A stretch of DNA of 64,000 nucleotides, from positions 341 through 64,340 of the forward strand of contig JBBAJV010000006.1 in the NCBI GenBank assembly GCA_040403925.1. Reading direction: 5' to 3'. The notes beneath the pieces are model-generated. The model had not been told where the DNA came from and searched no databases. It saw only the letters and a program-made list of their open reading frames with translations. The translations under genes and the position numbers were made by a program. Every line of letters starts with the position of its first letter. Within the stretch, counting starts at the first letter, position 1. This stretch comes from Sediminibacterium sp. GTDB taxonomy: Bacteria > Bacteroidota > Bacteroidia > Chitinophagales > Chitinophagaceae. Below, piece by piece: positions 37,694 to 48,081 of the stretch.

Positions 37694-40426
37694 TTAATCA
37701 ATCACAGGTTGCAACCACTTAGTGATATATTCTAAAGATTGATTTTTTCTTTTCGCATAATCAACAACTTGGTCCTGCTGTATTTTCCCTAAACCAAAAT
37801 ATTGACTTTGTGGATGTGCAAAATACCAGCCACAAACACTTGATGCTGGATACATGGCTAAACTTTCTGTTAAGCTAATACCAGTATGTTCTGCTGCATT
37901 CAATAAATTAAATAAGCGATATTTTTCGGTATGGTCTGGACAAGCAGGATAGCCTGGTGCTGGACGTATACCTACATAATTTTCTTGAATCAATGCTTCG
38001 TTGTCTAATTGTTCGTCTTTGGCATAACCCCAATAATCTTTTCTTGTTTTGACATGTAAGTATTCAGCAAATGCTTCAGCAAAACGATCTGCCAATGCTT
38101 GCAAGATAATTTTATTATAATCGTCTAAATTATCCTCAAATGCTTTGATATGCTTTTCGATACCATGAATGGTCACCGCGAATGCACCAATATAATCTGC
38201 TTTGTTTTCGGTTGCAGGACAAATAAAATCTGCTAAGGAGAAATTTGGTTGACCTGCTGCTTTTTTTGCTTGTTGTCTTAGGAAATGCAAATCCACTTGA
38301 TTTGCACCGTCGGTCACCATCACATCATCACCAGCAGATGTTGCTGGCCAAAATCCAACTGCTCCTTTTGCTGTTAACCAATTTTCTTCGATGATCTTTT
38401 TTAATAAGGCTTGCGCGTCTTGGTAGAGTTTGCTAGCTACTTCACCAACGACTTCATCCGTTAAGATGGCTGGGAAATTACCATGGAGTTCCCAAGCTAT
38501 AAAGAATGGTTTCCAATCTATATACTCTACCAGAACAGAAAGATCTGTTATTTCAATGGCTTTATTACCAGTGAAACTAGGTGCAGTGCTATTAAATTCG
38601 CTCCAATCTATCGCCACTTTATTTTCCAATGCGCTTGCATAAGGGATGCTTTGCTTCACTGTTTTTTTATTGTCAAAGTCAGACTTTAATTGCAAGTAGG
38701 TTTTTTCCAATTCCGCTAAAAATGGCTTTTTTGTTTCTTTGTTCAATAAAGACCCAGCCACAGTCACACTTCTTGATGCGTCCAATACATGAACGACACC
38801 ATCATTGTATTCTGGTGCAATTTTAACCGCAGTGTGCATTCTAGAAGTAGTCGCTCCTCCAATCATCAATGGAATCGTCATGCCACGACGTTTCATTTCT
38901 TTGGCAATGTAGACCATCTCGTCTAGTGATGGGGTGATTAATCCACTCAATCCTATAATATCTACTTGGTGTTTTTCTGCTTCTGCAAGAATTTTATCTG
39001 CAAGTACCATCACCCCAATATCAATGATTTCATATCCATTACACCCCAATACCACACCTACAATATTTTTTCCAATATCGTGTACGTCACCTTTTACCGT
39101 GGCCAATAAAATTTTTGCAGGTCCTTTTGTTTGACCATTTGGATTGGTGGATGCATTTTTTAATCTTTCTTTTTCAGCTTCGATAAATGGGGTCAAGACA
39201 GCCACACTTTTTTTCATCACCCTTGCACTTTTTACCACTTGCGGTAAAAACATTTTACCTGCGCCAAACAAATCACCCACTTGATTCATACCCGCCATCA
39301 ATGGCCCTTCAATCACTTCCAATGGTGCACTATATTGTAGTCTTGCTTCTTCTGTATCTGCTTCAATGAAATCAGTAATACCATTGATCAATGAATGCGC
39401 TAGCCTTTCCTCTACTGTACCAGTTCTCCATGCTAATTTTTTACTATTGGCTTCTGCAACTTGTCCTGCGTCTTCGCCTTTTGCCTTTAAGGCATCTGCA
39501 TATTGAATCAATGCTTCGGTCGCTTGGTTATCGTCGTTGTTTTGATTCAGAACCACATCCTCACATAGCTTTTTTAATTCAGGCTCAATTTCATCAAATA
39601 CAATTAATTGACCTGCATTCACTATACCCATATCCATACCTGCTTGCACTGCATGGTATAAAAACACGGCATGAATAGCTTCTCTTACTGCATCGTTGCC
39701 TCTGAATGAAAATGACACATTCGATACACCACCACTCACTTTTGCTAAGGGCATTAATGCTTTAATTTCTCTTGTCCCTTCTATAAAATCTACTGCATAA
39801 TTATTATGTTCTTCGATACCTGTTGCAATTGCAAAAACATTTGGGTCAAAAATGATATCTTCTGGATCGAATCCAACTTGTTCTACTAAAATTTTATAGG
39901 CACGCGCACAAATCTCCACTTTTCTTGCTTTGGTATCTGCTTGTCCTACTTCATCAAATGCCATCACAATCACTGCAGCGCCATAGGCTTTGCAGATATG
40001 CGCTTGTTCTATGAACTTAGCTTCTCCCTCTTTCATAGAAATGGAGTTCACAATACATTTTCCTTGCACACATTTTAATCCCGCTTCTATGATCTCAAAT
40101 TTTGAGCTATCAATCATGATAGGGATTTTTGCAATATCCGGTTCGCTCTGCAATAAATTCAAATAAGTGGTCATGGCTTTCACGCCTTCAAGTAGCGCAT
40201 CATCCATATTGATATCAATGATCTGCGCGCCACTTTCTGCTTGTTGACGGGCGACAGACAATGCCTCTTCGTAATTATTTTCCTTAATGAGTCTAGCAAA
40301 TTTTTTAGATCCAGTCACATTGGTTCTTTCTCCAACATTTACAAAATTTGTTTCAGGACGAATCACTAAAGGTTCTAATCCTGCTAATCTTAAATAGGGC
40401 TTAATATGTATTATTTGATCACTCAT
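37694..40426 (-). CDS. metH: Cobalamin-dependent methionine synthase, folate/cobalamin/reactivation domains (split MetH, large chain)
   Basis: [25 protein letters not shown] (B12-binding His), [22 protein letters not shown]. Confidence 0.95.
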   Translation of the reverse strand: MSDQIIHIKPYLRLAGLEPLVIRPETNFVNVGERTNVTGSKKFARLIKENNYEEALSVARQQAESGAQIIDINMDDALLEGVKAMTTYLNLLQSEPDIAKIPIMIDSSKFEIIEAGLKCVQGKCIVNSISMKEGEAKFIEQAHICKAYGAAVIVMAFDEVGQADTKARKVEICARAYKILVEQVGFDPEDIIFDPNVFAIATGIEEHNNYAVDFIEGTREIKALMPLAKVSGGVSNVSFSFRGNDAVREAIHAVFLYHAVQAGMDMGIVNAGQLIVFDEIEPELKKLCEDVVLNQNNDDNQATEALIQYADALKAKGEDAGQVAEANSKKLAWRTGTVEERLAHSLINGITDFIEADTEEARLQYSAPLEVIEGPLMAGMNQVGDLFGAGKMFLPQVVKSARVMKKSVAVLTPFIEAEKERLKNASTNPNGQTKGPAKILLATVKGDVHDIGKNIVGVVLGCNGYEIIDIGVMVLADKILAEAEKHQVDIIGLSGLITPSLDEMVYIAKEMKRRGMTIPLMIGGATTSRMHTAVKIAPEYNDGVVHVLDASRSVTVAGSLLNKETKKPFLAELEKTYLQLKSDFDNKKTVKQSIPYASALENKVAIDWSEFNSTAPSFTGNKAIEITDLSVLVEYIDWKPFFIAWELHGNFPAILTDEVVGEVASKLYQDAQALLKKIIEENWLTAKGAVGFWPATSAGDDVMVTDGANQVDLHFLRQQAKKAAGQPNFSLADFICPATENKADYIGAFAVTIHGIEKHIKAFEDNLDDYNKIILQALADRFAEAFAEYLHVKTRKDYWGYAKDEQLDNEALIQENYVGIRPAPGYPACPDHTEKYRLFNLLNAAEHTGISLTESLAMYPASSVCGWYFAHPQSQYFGLGKIQQDQVVDYAKRKNQSLEYITKWLQPVID

Positions 40427-40430
40427 AATC

Positions 40431-41444
40431 TTAAATAGTTTTGTCTACAATAGGTAATTTTCTTGGTTGAATGCTGCGTACATTATCTGCCATATGTTTG
40501 ATATGGTCGGGGGTGGTACCACAACATCCGCCTACAATATTCACGAATTTATTTTTCGCCCATTCTTCAATAAAATGCGCAGTTTCATGCGGGGCTTCAT
40601 CGTATTCGCCCATCGCATTCGGTAAGCCTGCATTGGGATACGCCGATGTATAACAGGTTGCTATTTGAGAAAGTTCCTCAATATGTGCACGCATTTCTTG
40701 CGCACCTAATGCACAATTCAATCCCACACTCAGTGGTTTAGCATGTGCCACAGAAGTATAAAAGGCTTCTAATGTTTGACCACTTAAAGTTCTACCAGAG
40801 GCATCTGTAATCGTACCGCTAATCATAATAGGTAATTCTGGTTGCCCAATTTTTCTAAAATATTCTTTGATCGCAAAAATGGCTGCCTTGGCATTGAGTG
40901 TATCAAAAATAGTTTCAACTAAAATAAGATCTACACCTCCATCCACTAATCCGCGAATCTGTTCTGTATATGCCAATACCACTTCGTCAAAAGTGACTGC
41001 GCGGAAACCAGGATTGTTCACGTCGGGGGAAAGACTTAATGTTTTATTCAAAGGACCAATCGCTCCTGCAATATATTTTTTGGTGCTATTGGGATTTTTT
41101 TCTTCGTATTGTTGAATCGCATCACGCACACATTTTGCAGCAGCTACATTCAATTCGTATGCCAATGCTTGCATGTCATAATCCGCCATGGCAATAGAGG
41201 AACTACTGAAGGTATTTGTTTCAATAATGTCCGCACCTGCTTCTAAATATTCTAAATGGATACCAGTTACGATGGCTGGTTGAGTGATACATAAAAGGTC
41301 ATTATTGCCTTTCACATCTGAATGCCAATTGGCAAATCTTGTTCCACGATAATCTTCTTCCGATAATTTATGACGTTGAATCATGGTACCCATGGCACCA
41401 TCTATCACTAAAATTCGTTCTTGTAAAGCTGTTTTAATTGACAT
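40431..41444 (-). CDS. Homocysteine S-methyltransferase domain (split MetH, N-terminal chain)
   Basis: [42 protein letters not shown] (Zn ligands). Confidence 0.93.
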   Translation of the reverse strand: MSIKTALQERILVIDGAMGTMIQRHKLSEEDYRGTRFANWHSDVKGNNDLLCITQPAIVTGIHLEYLEAGADIIETNTFSSSSIAMADYDMQALAYELNVAAAKCVRDAIQQYEEKNPNSTKKYIAGAIGPLNKTLSLSPDVNNPGFRAVTFDEVVLAYTEQIRGLVDGGVDLILVETIFDTLNAKAAIFAIKEYFRKIGQPELPIMISGTITDASGRTLSGQTLEAFYTSVAHAKPLSVGLNCALGAQEMRAHIEELSQIATCYTSAYPNAGLPNAMGEYDEAPHETAHFIEEWAKNKFVNIVGGCCGTTPDHIKHMADNVRSIQPRKLPIVDKTI

Positions 41445-41508
41445 AATACTACATTAAATTTTATGCAGCATCCAATAGGAAAAGAGATAGGGGGGCGATA
41501 AGTGTATC

Positions 41509-41567
41509 GTTTATTAGTTCTTTTCTCCTTTCGGATGGCAGGGTGAACAATAAACAAATCCTCCTGC
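41509..41567 (-). ncRNA. SAM-II/SAM-V-like riboswitch (H-type pseudoknot) in the metH leader
   Basis: P1 GCAGG(41567-63)/CCUGC(41542-38); GAUUUG loop; P2 GUUUAUU-GUUC(41555-45)/GAAC-U-AAUAAAC(41520-09) with a bulged U; UCC-GAAA-GGA hairpin in L3; upstream of Met-synthesis genes. Confidence 0.72.
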
Positions 41568-41577
41568 AGTTGCGGTG

Positions 41578-41609
41578 CGAAGATAGGGCAGATGCAATTG
41601 ATGGCCAAA
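41578..41609 (-). promoter_or_regulatory. Bacteroidota sigma70 promoter for the metH leader
   Basis: TTTG(41609-06)-N20-TATCTTCG(41585-78); predicted start just 5' of the riboswitch P1. Confidence 0.62.
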
Positions 41610-41639
41610 AAAACGCCTAAAAAAGCCTATAGATATTGC

Positions 41640-42173
41640 TTATTGATAACTAGCAACCACTTCTATATCCACTTGATCGGCTACCATCTTAATTAAGACA
41701 CCACCGATACCAAAATCCTTAAGGCTTACCGTAAACTTGGCAGTCGCATTAGGCATCCCTTTTGATATGACAATTACGCCTTTAGTCTCCATGGCCTTGT
41801 TGACACCATGCACTTGCATATTGCCTTTAACAATGATTGGGTAGGTACCGTCTTTAGTAAAATTGACAGATTTAATATTGGTAATTTGACCATTGAAAAA
41901 ACCACGAGGAAATTTATCTGACTCCACATATTCCTCGTTAAAATGCTTTTGCATCAGATCCATGTCAAAACTAAAATCTTTCATAAGCATGATGAAACTC
42001 AATTTGCCATTGGCTTCTAGACGACTCACCGCTTTTGTATTGGTGGCGTCTATGTCTTTATCATCTACTGCTATGAACCTAATCGTGGCGGCTTTCGTAC
42101 TATATATTTTCTGAGCTTCTACTTGTCCAAAAGCAAAAAGGGCTATCAATAGGGTGATCATTCTTAGGTTCAT
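41640..42173 (-). CDS. YceI family periplasmic protein
   Basis: Signal peptide; LMQKHFNEEYVESDKFP, KGNMQVHGV, F.V.LKDFGI. Confidence 0.85.
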   Translation of the reverse strand: MNLRMITLLIALFAFGQVEAQKIYSTKAATIRFIAVDDKDIDATNTKAVSRLEANGKLSFIMLMKDFSFDMDLMQKHFNEEYVESDKFPRGFFNGQITNIKSVNFTKDGTYPIIVKGNMQVHGVNKAMETKGVIVISKGMPNATAKFTVSLKDFGIGGVLIKMVADQVDIEVVASYQ

Positions 42174-42234
42174 AAATCAATGGTTAAACATTAAAATTAG
42201 TTATTTTCAAGTACTTAGACAAACTAATAACAAT

Positions 42235-42849
42235 TTACTTGATGTATTGTTGGATGGGTTGGCGGTTGGAGATACTCTTGCCCAAGGTCATTTCGTCGGC
42301 ATATTCTAATTCGCCTCCAAAAGCAATCCCTCTTGCAATGGTGGTGACTTTGCATGCACTGCCTGTCATTTTCTTTTGAATATAATAGATAGTGGTATCG
42401 CCTTGGATGGTTGGATTTAAAGCAAAAATTAATTCTGTAACAGCATTTTTTTGAATGCGCGCCATCAAAGGTTCAATGGTTAATTGTTCAGGGCCTATGC
42501 CATCTAAAGGAGAAATGATACCGCCTAGTACATGGTATGTGCCATGGTATTGACTGGTATTTTCAATGGCAATCACGTCTCTTATATTCTCCACTACACA
42601 AATGATTTCCTTGGATCTGGAATTGTTCGAACAGATAGAACAGATAGGGCCATCACTAATATTGAAACAGTTTTTGCAAAATTGGATTTCCTTTCGCATT
42701 CTAACTAAGGCTTCACTAAACTGGTTGGTGCTGGACGCGTCTTGTATTAATAAATGCAATACCAAACGCAATGCAGTTTTTTTACCAATACCCGGGAGTT
42801 TGGAAAATTCTGCTACAGCGTTTTCTAGTAAGGATGAGGGTAGTTGCAT
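42235..42849 (-). CDS. recR: Recombination mediator RecR
   Basis: [11 protein letters not shown]4 zinc finger, CVVE, YHVLGG.ISP, EYADE.TL. Confidence 0.96.
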   Translation of the reverse strand: MQLPSSLLENAVAEFSKLPGIGKKTALRLVLHLLIQDASSTNQFSEALVRMRKEIQFCKNCFNISDGPICSICSNNSRSKEIICVVENIRDVIAIENTSQYHGTYHVLGGIISPLDGIGPEQLTIEPLMARIQKNAVTELIFALNPTIQGDTTIYYIQKKMTGSACKVTTIARGIAFGGELEYADEMTLGKSISNRQPIQQYIK

Positions 42850-42868
42850 ACAATTGTAAAAAACAAAA

Positions 42869-44284
42869 TTAGGGTTTTAAAATGAGGTTCATTTCATTAT
42901 CCCAATTAGACTTGATATTTAAAATTAGTTTAAGATTGCGTACCAATTCTGGCTGCAGTTTTTTACCCATGAATTTGCCCGTATCCCAGCGCCCATTTTG
43001 ATTGGCGTCAGACAATAATTTTAATTGGTAATCTCCAGGTGGCAATAAATCAATGCGCAATAAGTTCTGTGTGATAGGGTAACTAAATTTGACTTTCTGA
43101 TCCTGTATTAACAATAAAACAGGATGTTCAAATTCTTGAAATCCATTGATTCTTAAAATGGCTGAACCATAACTTGATTCAGGTTTAGTTTTAAATCGGA
43201 TGGTATCTGCCTTTACTAAAAAATTGGAAAGACTATCCATGATGGATTTTTGGGGCAAGACCAATTTGTAATCTGTGTTGGCTTCCCATGGAAAATCAAT
43301 ATCAACTTGTTGTTTATTTTGTGCATTAATCGCTGTTACAGCACCTTCTTTTGTTACTAAATTAGTATCGGTGATGCGAATCGTGAAGCTATCGTTAAGG
43401 CGAATAGGTGTATCAAAATTTAAGATCAATGGATTTAATATATCTTTTTCATTGCCTTCTAAATTGCTACTGTATTTTAAAAGGGGGGATTGTTTTTTTG
43501 CGTTTTTTGTACCCACTGTACTTAATGCTTTTTTTTCTTTTTTTGGACTAGCTTCAAACGCATATAACTGAATGCTATCATTAGTTTGCGTTGGATTGAC
43601 ACTGCGGTCTAGAAATGCAAATAATTTTGTTGAATCATCATAACGTTTGCTATAATCATTTGGGACAATGTAGATATTAAAATTGGTAGCTGGCAAGAAT
43701 TTGAATTCAAAAATACCTTGTCCATTGATTCTAGTATAATAATTAGGTTTGTCTTTAAAGATGGCAGAATCGTTTTCAATTGGATGCAAGACTGCAACTA
43801 AACTACTATCCACCATGCCGGTTTCAGCAATTTGAACTTTGCCATATAGCTTGCCAGTATCTATTCGATCACCTGTGCTAAATACATAAGTATAATTTTG
43901 AACAATATTGCCTTCGTTGACATCTCTTAATGCATTGCCAAATTGTAAACTATAGGTGGTGTTTGCATTTAAACTATCTGATAAACGAATACGCACCATA
44001 TTTAACCTTTGATCTACCAAAGGATTGTTCTTAATATTAGGGGATACAATCAATTGCTCTTGCAATGCATTGGTGGTGATGTATTCGTTGAAGCTGATTA
44101 GGATTTCCTTGGGTGCAATGTTGGTACTGGAGTCTTTTGGTTTGGCGTACACTGCATAAGGAGGGATGCTATCTCTTGGCCCTCCAGAAGGGGGTACAAT
44201 ATTGGCACAACCACCCATTTGAATGATTGCCATTGCAGTCAAACAACATAGTAGGATTGTTGGAATTAATTTTGATCGGATCAT
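42869..44284 (-). CDS. Ig-like (SbsA/Big_5-type) domain lipoprotein
   Basis: Lipobox GGC followed by [16 protein letters not shown]; C-terminal [13 protein letters not shown]. Start set at ATG 44284, after TAAGTTTG at 44291-44298. Confidence 0.75.
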   Translation of the reverse strand: MIRSKLIPTILLCCLTAMAIIQMGGCANIVPPSGGPRDSIPPYAVYAKPKDSSTNIAPKEILISFNEYITTNALQEQLIVSPNIKNNPLVDQRLNMVRIRLSDSLNANTTYSLQFGNALRDVNEGNIVQNYTYVFSTGDRIDTGKLYGKVQIAETGMVDSSLVAVLHPIENDSAIFKDKPNYYTRINGQGIFEFKFLPATNFNIYIVPNDYSKRYDDSTKLFAFLDRSVNPTQTNDSIQLYAFEASPKKEKKALSTVGTKNAKKQSPLLKYSSNLEGNEKDILNPLILNFDTPIRLNDSFTIRITDTNLVTKEGAVTAINAQNKQQVDIDFPWEANTDYKLVLPQKSIMDSLSNFLVKADTIRFKTKPESSYGSAILRINGFQEFEHPVLLLIQDQKVKFSYPITQNLLRIDLLPPGDYQLKLLSDANQNGRWDTGKFMGKKLQPELVRNLKLILNIKSNWDNEMNLILKP

Positions 44285-44299
44285 ACTTTGCAAACTTAG

Positions 44300-47200
44300 T
44301 TAAATTTCTTCCTCTAAGGCATGTAATGCAACGGCTAGTTCATTGTTTTTTACAAAATTGCACCAATGGCAATCTTCCTTGCCACAGCCGGTATAAAAAT
44401 CTTTCTGTTGGATTTTTTCCCAGACCATTTTTATTTGCTGTTGGACTGTGGTGATGTCTGCTTCTGTAATAGGGATGGCAATCTTTTCAAATGCTTTTTT
44501 CTTATTGGGTTCTACAAAATCAAATTCTGCACTTGTGACCTGCCAATTTTTAGGATGATGCCTTAATAATATTTTATAAAAAACAGCCTGTCTCCAATAA
44601 TCACCCCCATTTGGATTCTTTTCATTCGGGCCCTTTAGTTGTTCTCTTGCATTGTCAATATTACCGGTCTTATAATCAATTACCACCACATCTTTGCCAT
44701 TGAATTCAATTTTGTCAATCGCACCTTTCAATGGAATATCATGCACTACCACATTGGTGATCCTGTATTCGGTTGCGACAATTTTATTCCATCCTTGCAC
44801 ATAAAAATCATAATAGTTCACTAAGACAGTCCCGCCAAGGTCTAGGCGATCTTTAAATTCTTGTTGTGTAAATGCTTCACGATGCCTTTTCATGTAAAAT
44901 TCAAAATCTTCCACAAGGGTTTGTTGATCAGGAAAAACATTGCCTGCTTTTTGCATTTTTTCAAATAGCTTATTCAGTGCATCGTGGATCGCAGAGCCAA
45001 ATGTAGTGGCTTCTGATTTTCCAGAGGGCACACGAATTAAGCTATTGTAATAAAAACGTAATGGGCATTTTAAGTAATTGTTCAATGCGGTCACATTCAT
45101 CGAAAATTTATCCAATTTCGGTTGGATAAAATCGGCCTCCAATTGCGCAATCTCAGGTTTAACTGTCGTTTCTAAACGGAGTAATTTGTATTGTTGTTTG
45201 ATAGATGCATCTAGTTGTTGCGCGTCTATCATACCATCATTTCCTTGTACGAGTTCAATTAAAAATTGACTTGGCTCAAGTTCCTTCCCATCAGCTTTAT
45301 ACTTGCTATAGGAGATCGTTAAATATTTTTTTGCTCTTGTGATGGCCACATAAAATAGTCTTCTTAATTCTTCTTTATCATCTGCTCTTTCTAAACTACT
45401 CAATACCGTGTCTGGCAGGCTATAACCTGCAGCCGCAGTCGTTCTTTTTTTCTCCCAATAAGCTGCATTGGTCCCTGCTAAAAAGACATGGGTGAATTCA
45501 AGTCCCTTGCTACTATGGGTAGTTAATAAATTCACCCCAGCATCGGAGCCTAAGGTAATAGGTAAGGGCAATCGGATGTCTTCGCGTTTCATTAATCGAA
45601 AGATGTCTACCAAGGTCTTTAAATCTAAACTAGGCTTACGATGTGTTTCTTCTTTAATGAAATCAAAGAACGAAGTGACCATATCCAATTCTGCTGCTTT
45701 TTCATCACTATTTAACACAGCTTGAATAATGCCTGTCTTTTGTAAAATCTGTTCGATCAAATTCACCAAAGTCACATTGGGAATTTGTCCAATTAAGTCT
45801 TCCAATACTTTAACCGCTTTTGCCACTTGCTCTAATCCGCCTTTTGAAAATAAATCGGTTTGTACGTCTTGTGTCTTATCAATTAATACTTTTCTAAAAC
45901 TATTTTCTTTAGCATTGTATTTTAATTGATTGGCTTCGACTGTAAGCGTAGCAATGGTGATAGGGGATATCTGCCACCATTTAAAATGCAGTATTTCAAA
46001 TAGTAAGTTAGCACCCTCATTGGGCTGATCCCATTCACAGGCTAAATAGTCTAATATTTTTAAGATTTGCTGAATCAATATTTGATCAAAAAGGTTGGCA
46101 GTGCGTCTGCTGTATATGGGAATATTCTTTTGTTGTAAAAAATGCGCAATTTCAGTTCCGTACTTATGTTCTTTATATAAAACTGCAATCTCTCTTGGCT
46201 CCGTCCCTGTATGTATTAATTGTGCAATTTTTTCTGTGATATCCATCATCTCTTCTTGTGGATCATTGTATTGCAAGACAGCAGGCAAGGTATCTATTTG
46301 TTGATTTTCAGGAACTGCCGCAACTAAATTTTTTGATAAGCCGCCAATCTTATTGATTAGCCTTTCCTGATTTTGATTGATCACTTGTGTAGAGGCATCC
46401 AGTATTGGTTGGGTGGATCGGTAATTTTGTTCTAAGACAATATTGACAATATCATCCTTGAATTGCTTTTGAAAATGCAACATGTTTTCGACATTGGCAC
46501 CTTGGAATCTAAAAATACTTTGGTCATCATCACCCACTACAAATAAATTTGGTTGCTCCCAATAATTGGTGAGCAATTGCACTAACTCATTCTGTGTGCC
46601 ACTTGTGTCCTGAAATTCGTCCACTAAAATATATAAGAAACGTTCTTGGTATTGTGCTAATAGATTTTTATTTTCTTTAAATGCCCCTATCACCCAATTG
46701 ATCATATCATCAAAATCGTAACGTCCATGTTTTTTCATGAGTGCTTGGTAATGATCAAAAGCGGCCACTGCAGCTTTTAGTTTACCCATCTTTTCAATGG
46801 CATCGTCTACCAGTCCCTGTTTAAGATCACCCGCTTCAAACTGTTTGTATTTTTTTTTGTACACAAACTCATCTCTAAATGGTATGTCCTTTATGTATTC
46901 ATCTATCTGTGTTGTCAAATAACTGACATCCCATCCTTCTTTTTTCATGGCGCTAAACAACTTCATTAAGTTGTTCATTTCATAATAGACATCTCCCTTG
47001 AAACGCTTTAAGGAATTGGTTTTATCAAATTGATCAATGAGTTCTTTGAGTAAAGCTATTTTTTCCAATTCGGATATCGGATCCAAACTTGGTTTCTCAA
47101 ACAGCGATAAATTATCTTGAATAATATCATTGCAAAAAGAGTGGAAGGTCGCAATGGTGACTTTGTAAGCCGCAGTTCCAATAAAATCCATCAATCTTTT

Positions 47201-47437
47201 GCGCATTGCGATTGCGCCAGCATCCGTATAAGTAAGACATAAAATATTTTCTGGTGCCGTATCCGTCTCCAATAAAATTTTTCCTATTCTAGCCCCCAGA
47301 ATCTGAGTCTTACCTGTACCTGGTCCAGCAATCACCATGACTGGTCCCTCAATGGTGTCGACTGCCTTTTTTTGTTCCTGGTTTAATTTTTTGTACACCT
47401 GCTCAAATGCCAGTTGCTGATCTGCTTTACTAATCAT
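44300..47437 (-). CDS. UvrD/REP-family ATP-dependent helicase fused to a C-terminal PD-(D/E)XK nuclease
   Basis: AGPGTGKT, DEFQD, GDDDQSIF.F.GA, NYRS, H..KGLEF, YVAITRAK; nuclease GAIDK..IDYKTG. Confidence 0.92.
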   Translation of the reverse strand: MISKADQQLAFEQVYKKLNQEQKKAVDTIEGPVMVIAGPGTGKTQILGARIGKILLETDTAPENILCLTYTDAGAIAMRKRLMDFIGTAAYKVTIATFHSFCNDIIQDNLSLFEKPSLDPISELEKIALLKELIDQFDKTNSLKRFKGDVYYEMNNLMKLFSAMKKEGWDVSYLTTQIDEYIKDIPFRDEFVYKKKYKQFEAGDLKQGLVDDAIEKMGKLKAAVAAFDHYQALMKKHGRYDFDDMINWVIGAFKENKNLLAQYQERFLYILVDEFQDTSGTQNELVQLLTNYWEQPNLFVVGDDDQSIFRFQGANVENMLHFQKQFKDDIVNIVLEQNYRSTQPILDASTQVINQNQERLINKIGGLSKNLVAAVPENQQIDTLPAVLQYNDPQEEMMDITEKIAQLIHTGTEPREIAVLYKEHKYGTEIAHFLQQKNIPIYSRRTANLFDQILIQQILKILDYLACEWDQPNEGANLLFEILHFKWWQISPITIATLTVEANQLKYNAKENSFRKVLIDKTQDVQTDLFSKGGLEQVAKAVKVLEDLIGQIPNVTLVNLIEQILQKTGIIQAVLNSDEKAAELDMVTSFFDFIKEETHRKPSLDLKTLVDIFRLMKREDIRLPLPITLGSDAGVNLLTTHSSKGLEFTHVFLAGTNAAYWEKKRTTAAAGYSLPDTVLSSLERADDKEELRRLFYVAITRAKKYLTISYSKYKADGKELEPSQFLIELVQGNDGMIDAQQLDASIKQQYKLLRLETTVKPEIAQLEADFIQPKLDKFSMNVTALNNYLKCPLRFYYNSLIRVPSGKSEATTFGSAIHDALNKLFEKMQKAGNVFPDQQTLVEDFEFYMKRHREAFTQQEFKDRLDLGGTVLVNYYDFYVQGWNKIVATEYRITNVVVHDIPLKGAIDKIEFNGKDVVVIDYKTGNIDNAREQLKGPNEKNPNGGDYWRQAVFYKILLRHHPKNWQVTSAEFDFVEPNKKKAFEKIAIPITEADITTVQQQIKMVWEKIQQKDFYTGCGKEDCHWCNFVKNNELAVALHALEEEI

Positions 47438-47503
47438 GGGTTAAAATTAATGGCTTTGGGGCGATTTTATACAACAAAATGCCAAAAGCATTGTTAATCA
47501 GGT

Positions 47504-47977
47504 ATGTCTAAAGTTTATACCATCCACACCGAGCAATTCATCCCTATTTCTTTAACCGAGGCCTGGGATTTCTTTAGTAGTCCGTCCAATTTGGCTAAAA
47601 TAACTCCGGCGAAGATGGGGTTCAATATCATTAGTCAATTTCATGGTGAAAAAATGTATCCAGGACAGATTATTGAATACACGGTTAAACCTGTGTTAGA
47701 CATCCCTTTGTATTGGATGACTGAAATCACACATGTGGTGGAAGGTGCTTATTTTGTAGACGAGCAGCGATTTGGTCCTTATACCATGTGGCACCACCAA
47801 CACCATTTCAAAGCAGTTCCAGGTGGCGTGAAAATGGATGATATTGTCCATTATAAAATCCCAATGGGCTTTTTAGGGGATATTGCACAAGTGCTTTTTG
47901 TCAAAAAACAGCTCCAGGAAATTTTTGATTTCCGTTTTAAAGCGGTGGAGGAGAAGTGGGGTGCTTACAAGCCCTAG
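47504..47977 (+). CDS. SRPBCC (START-like) family protein
   Basis: AWDFFS.P.NL.KITP, W.TEIT, FVDEQRFGPY..WHHQH.F. Confidence 0.85.
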   Translation: MSKVYTIHTEQFIPISLTEAWDFFSSPSNLAKITPAKMGFNIISQFHGEKMYPGQIIEYTVKPVLDIPLYWMTEITHVVEGAYFVDEQRFGPYTMWHHQHHFKAVPGGVKMDDIVHYKIPMGFLGDIAQVLFVKKQLQEIFDFRFKAVEEKWGAYKP

Positions 47978-48081
47978 CTTTTTCCTTTGAATATCTATTT
48001 TATAATTATTTTAAAAATAGTTTCCTTTTCTTGATTTTAGAACTGAAAATGTACCAACTTTAACGTCTAGATTATTCATCC

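Noticed and set aside
41408-41608. 66-aa ORF spanning the metH leader as a possible attenuator peptide
   Set aside because: It starts upstream of the predicted promoter, is not Met/Cys-run rich in a leader-peptide manner, and the region is better explained by the riboswitch.
44300-47437. Helicase-nuclease as an anti-phage defence or Cas4-linked system
   Set aside because: The housekeeping context (recR, Ig-like lipoprotein), core-like codon usage and absence of defence partners, methylases or arrays favour a repair role.
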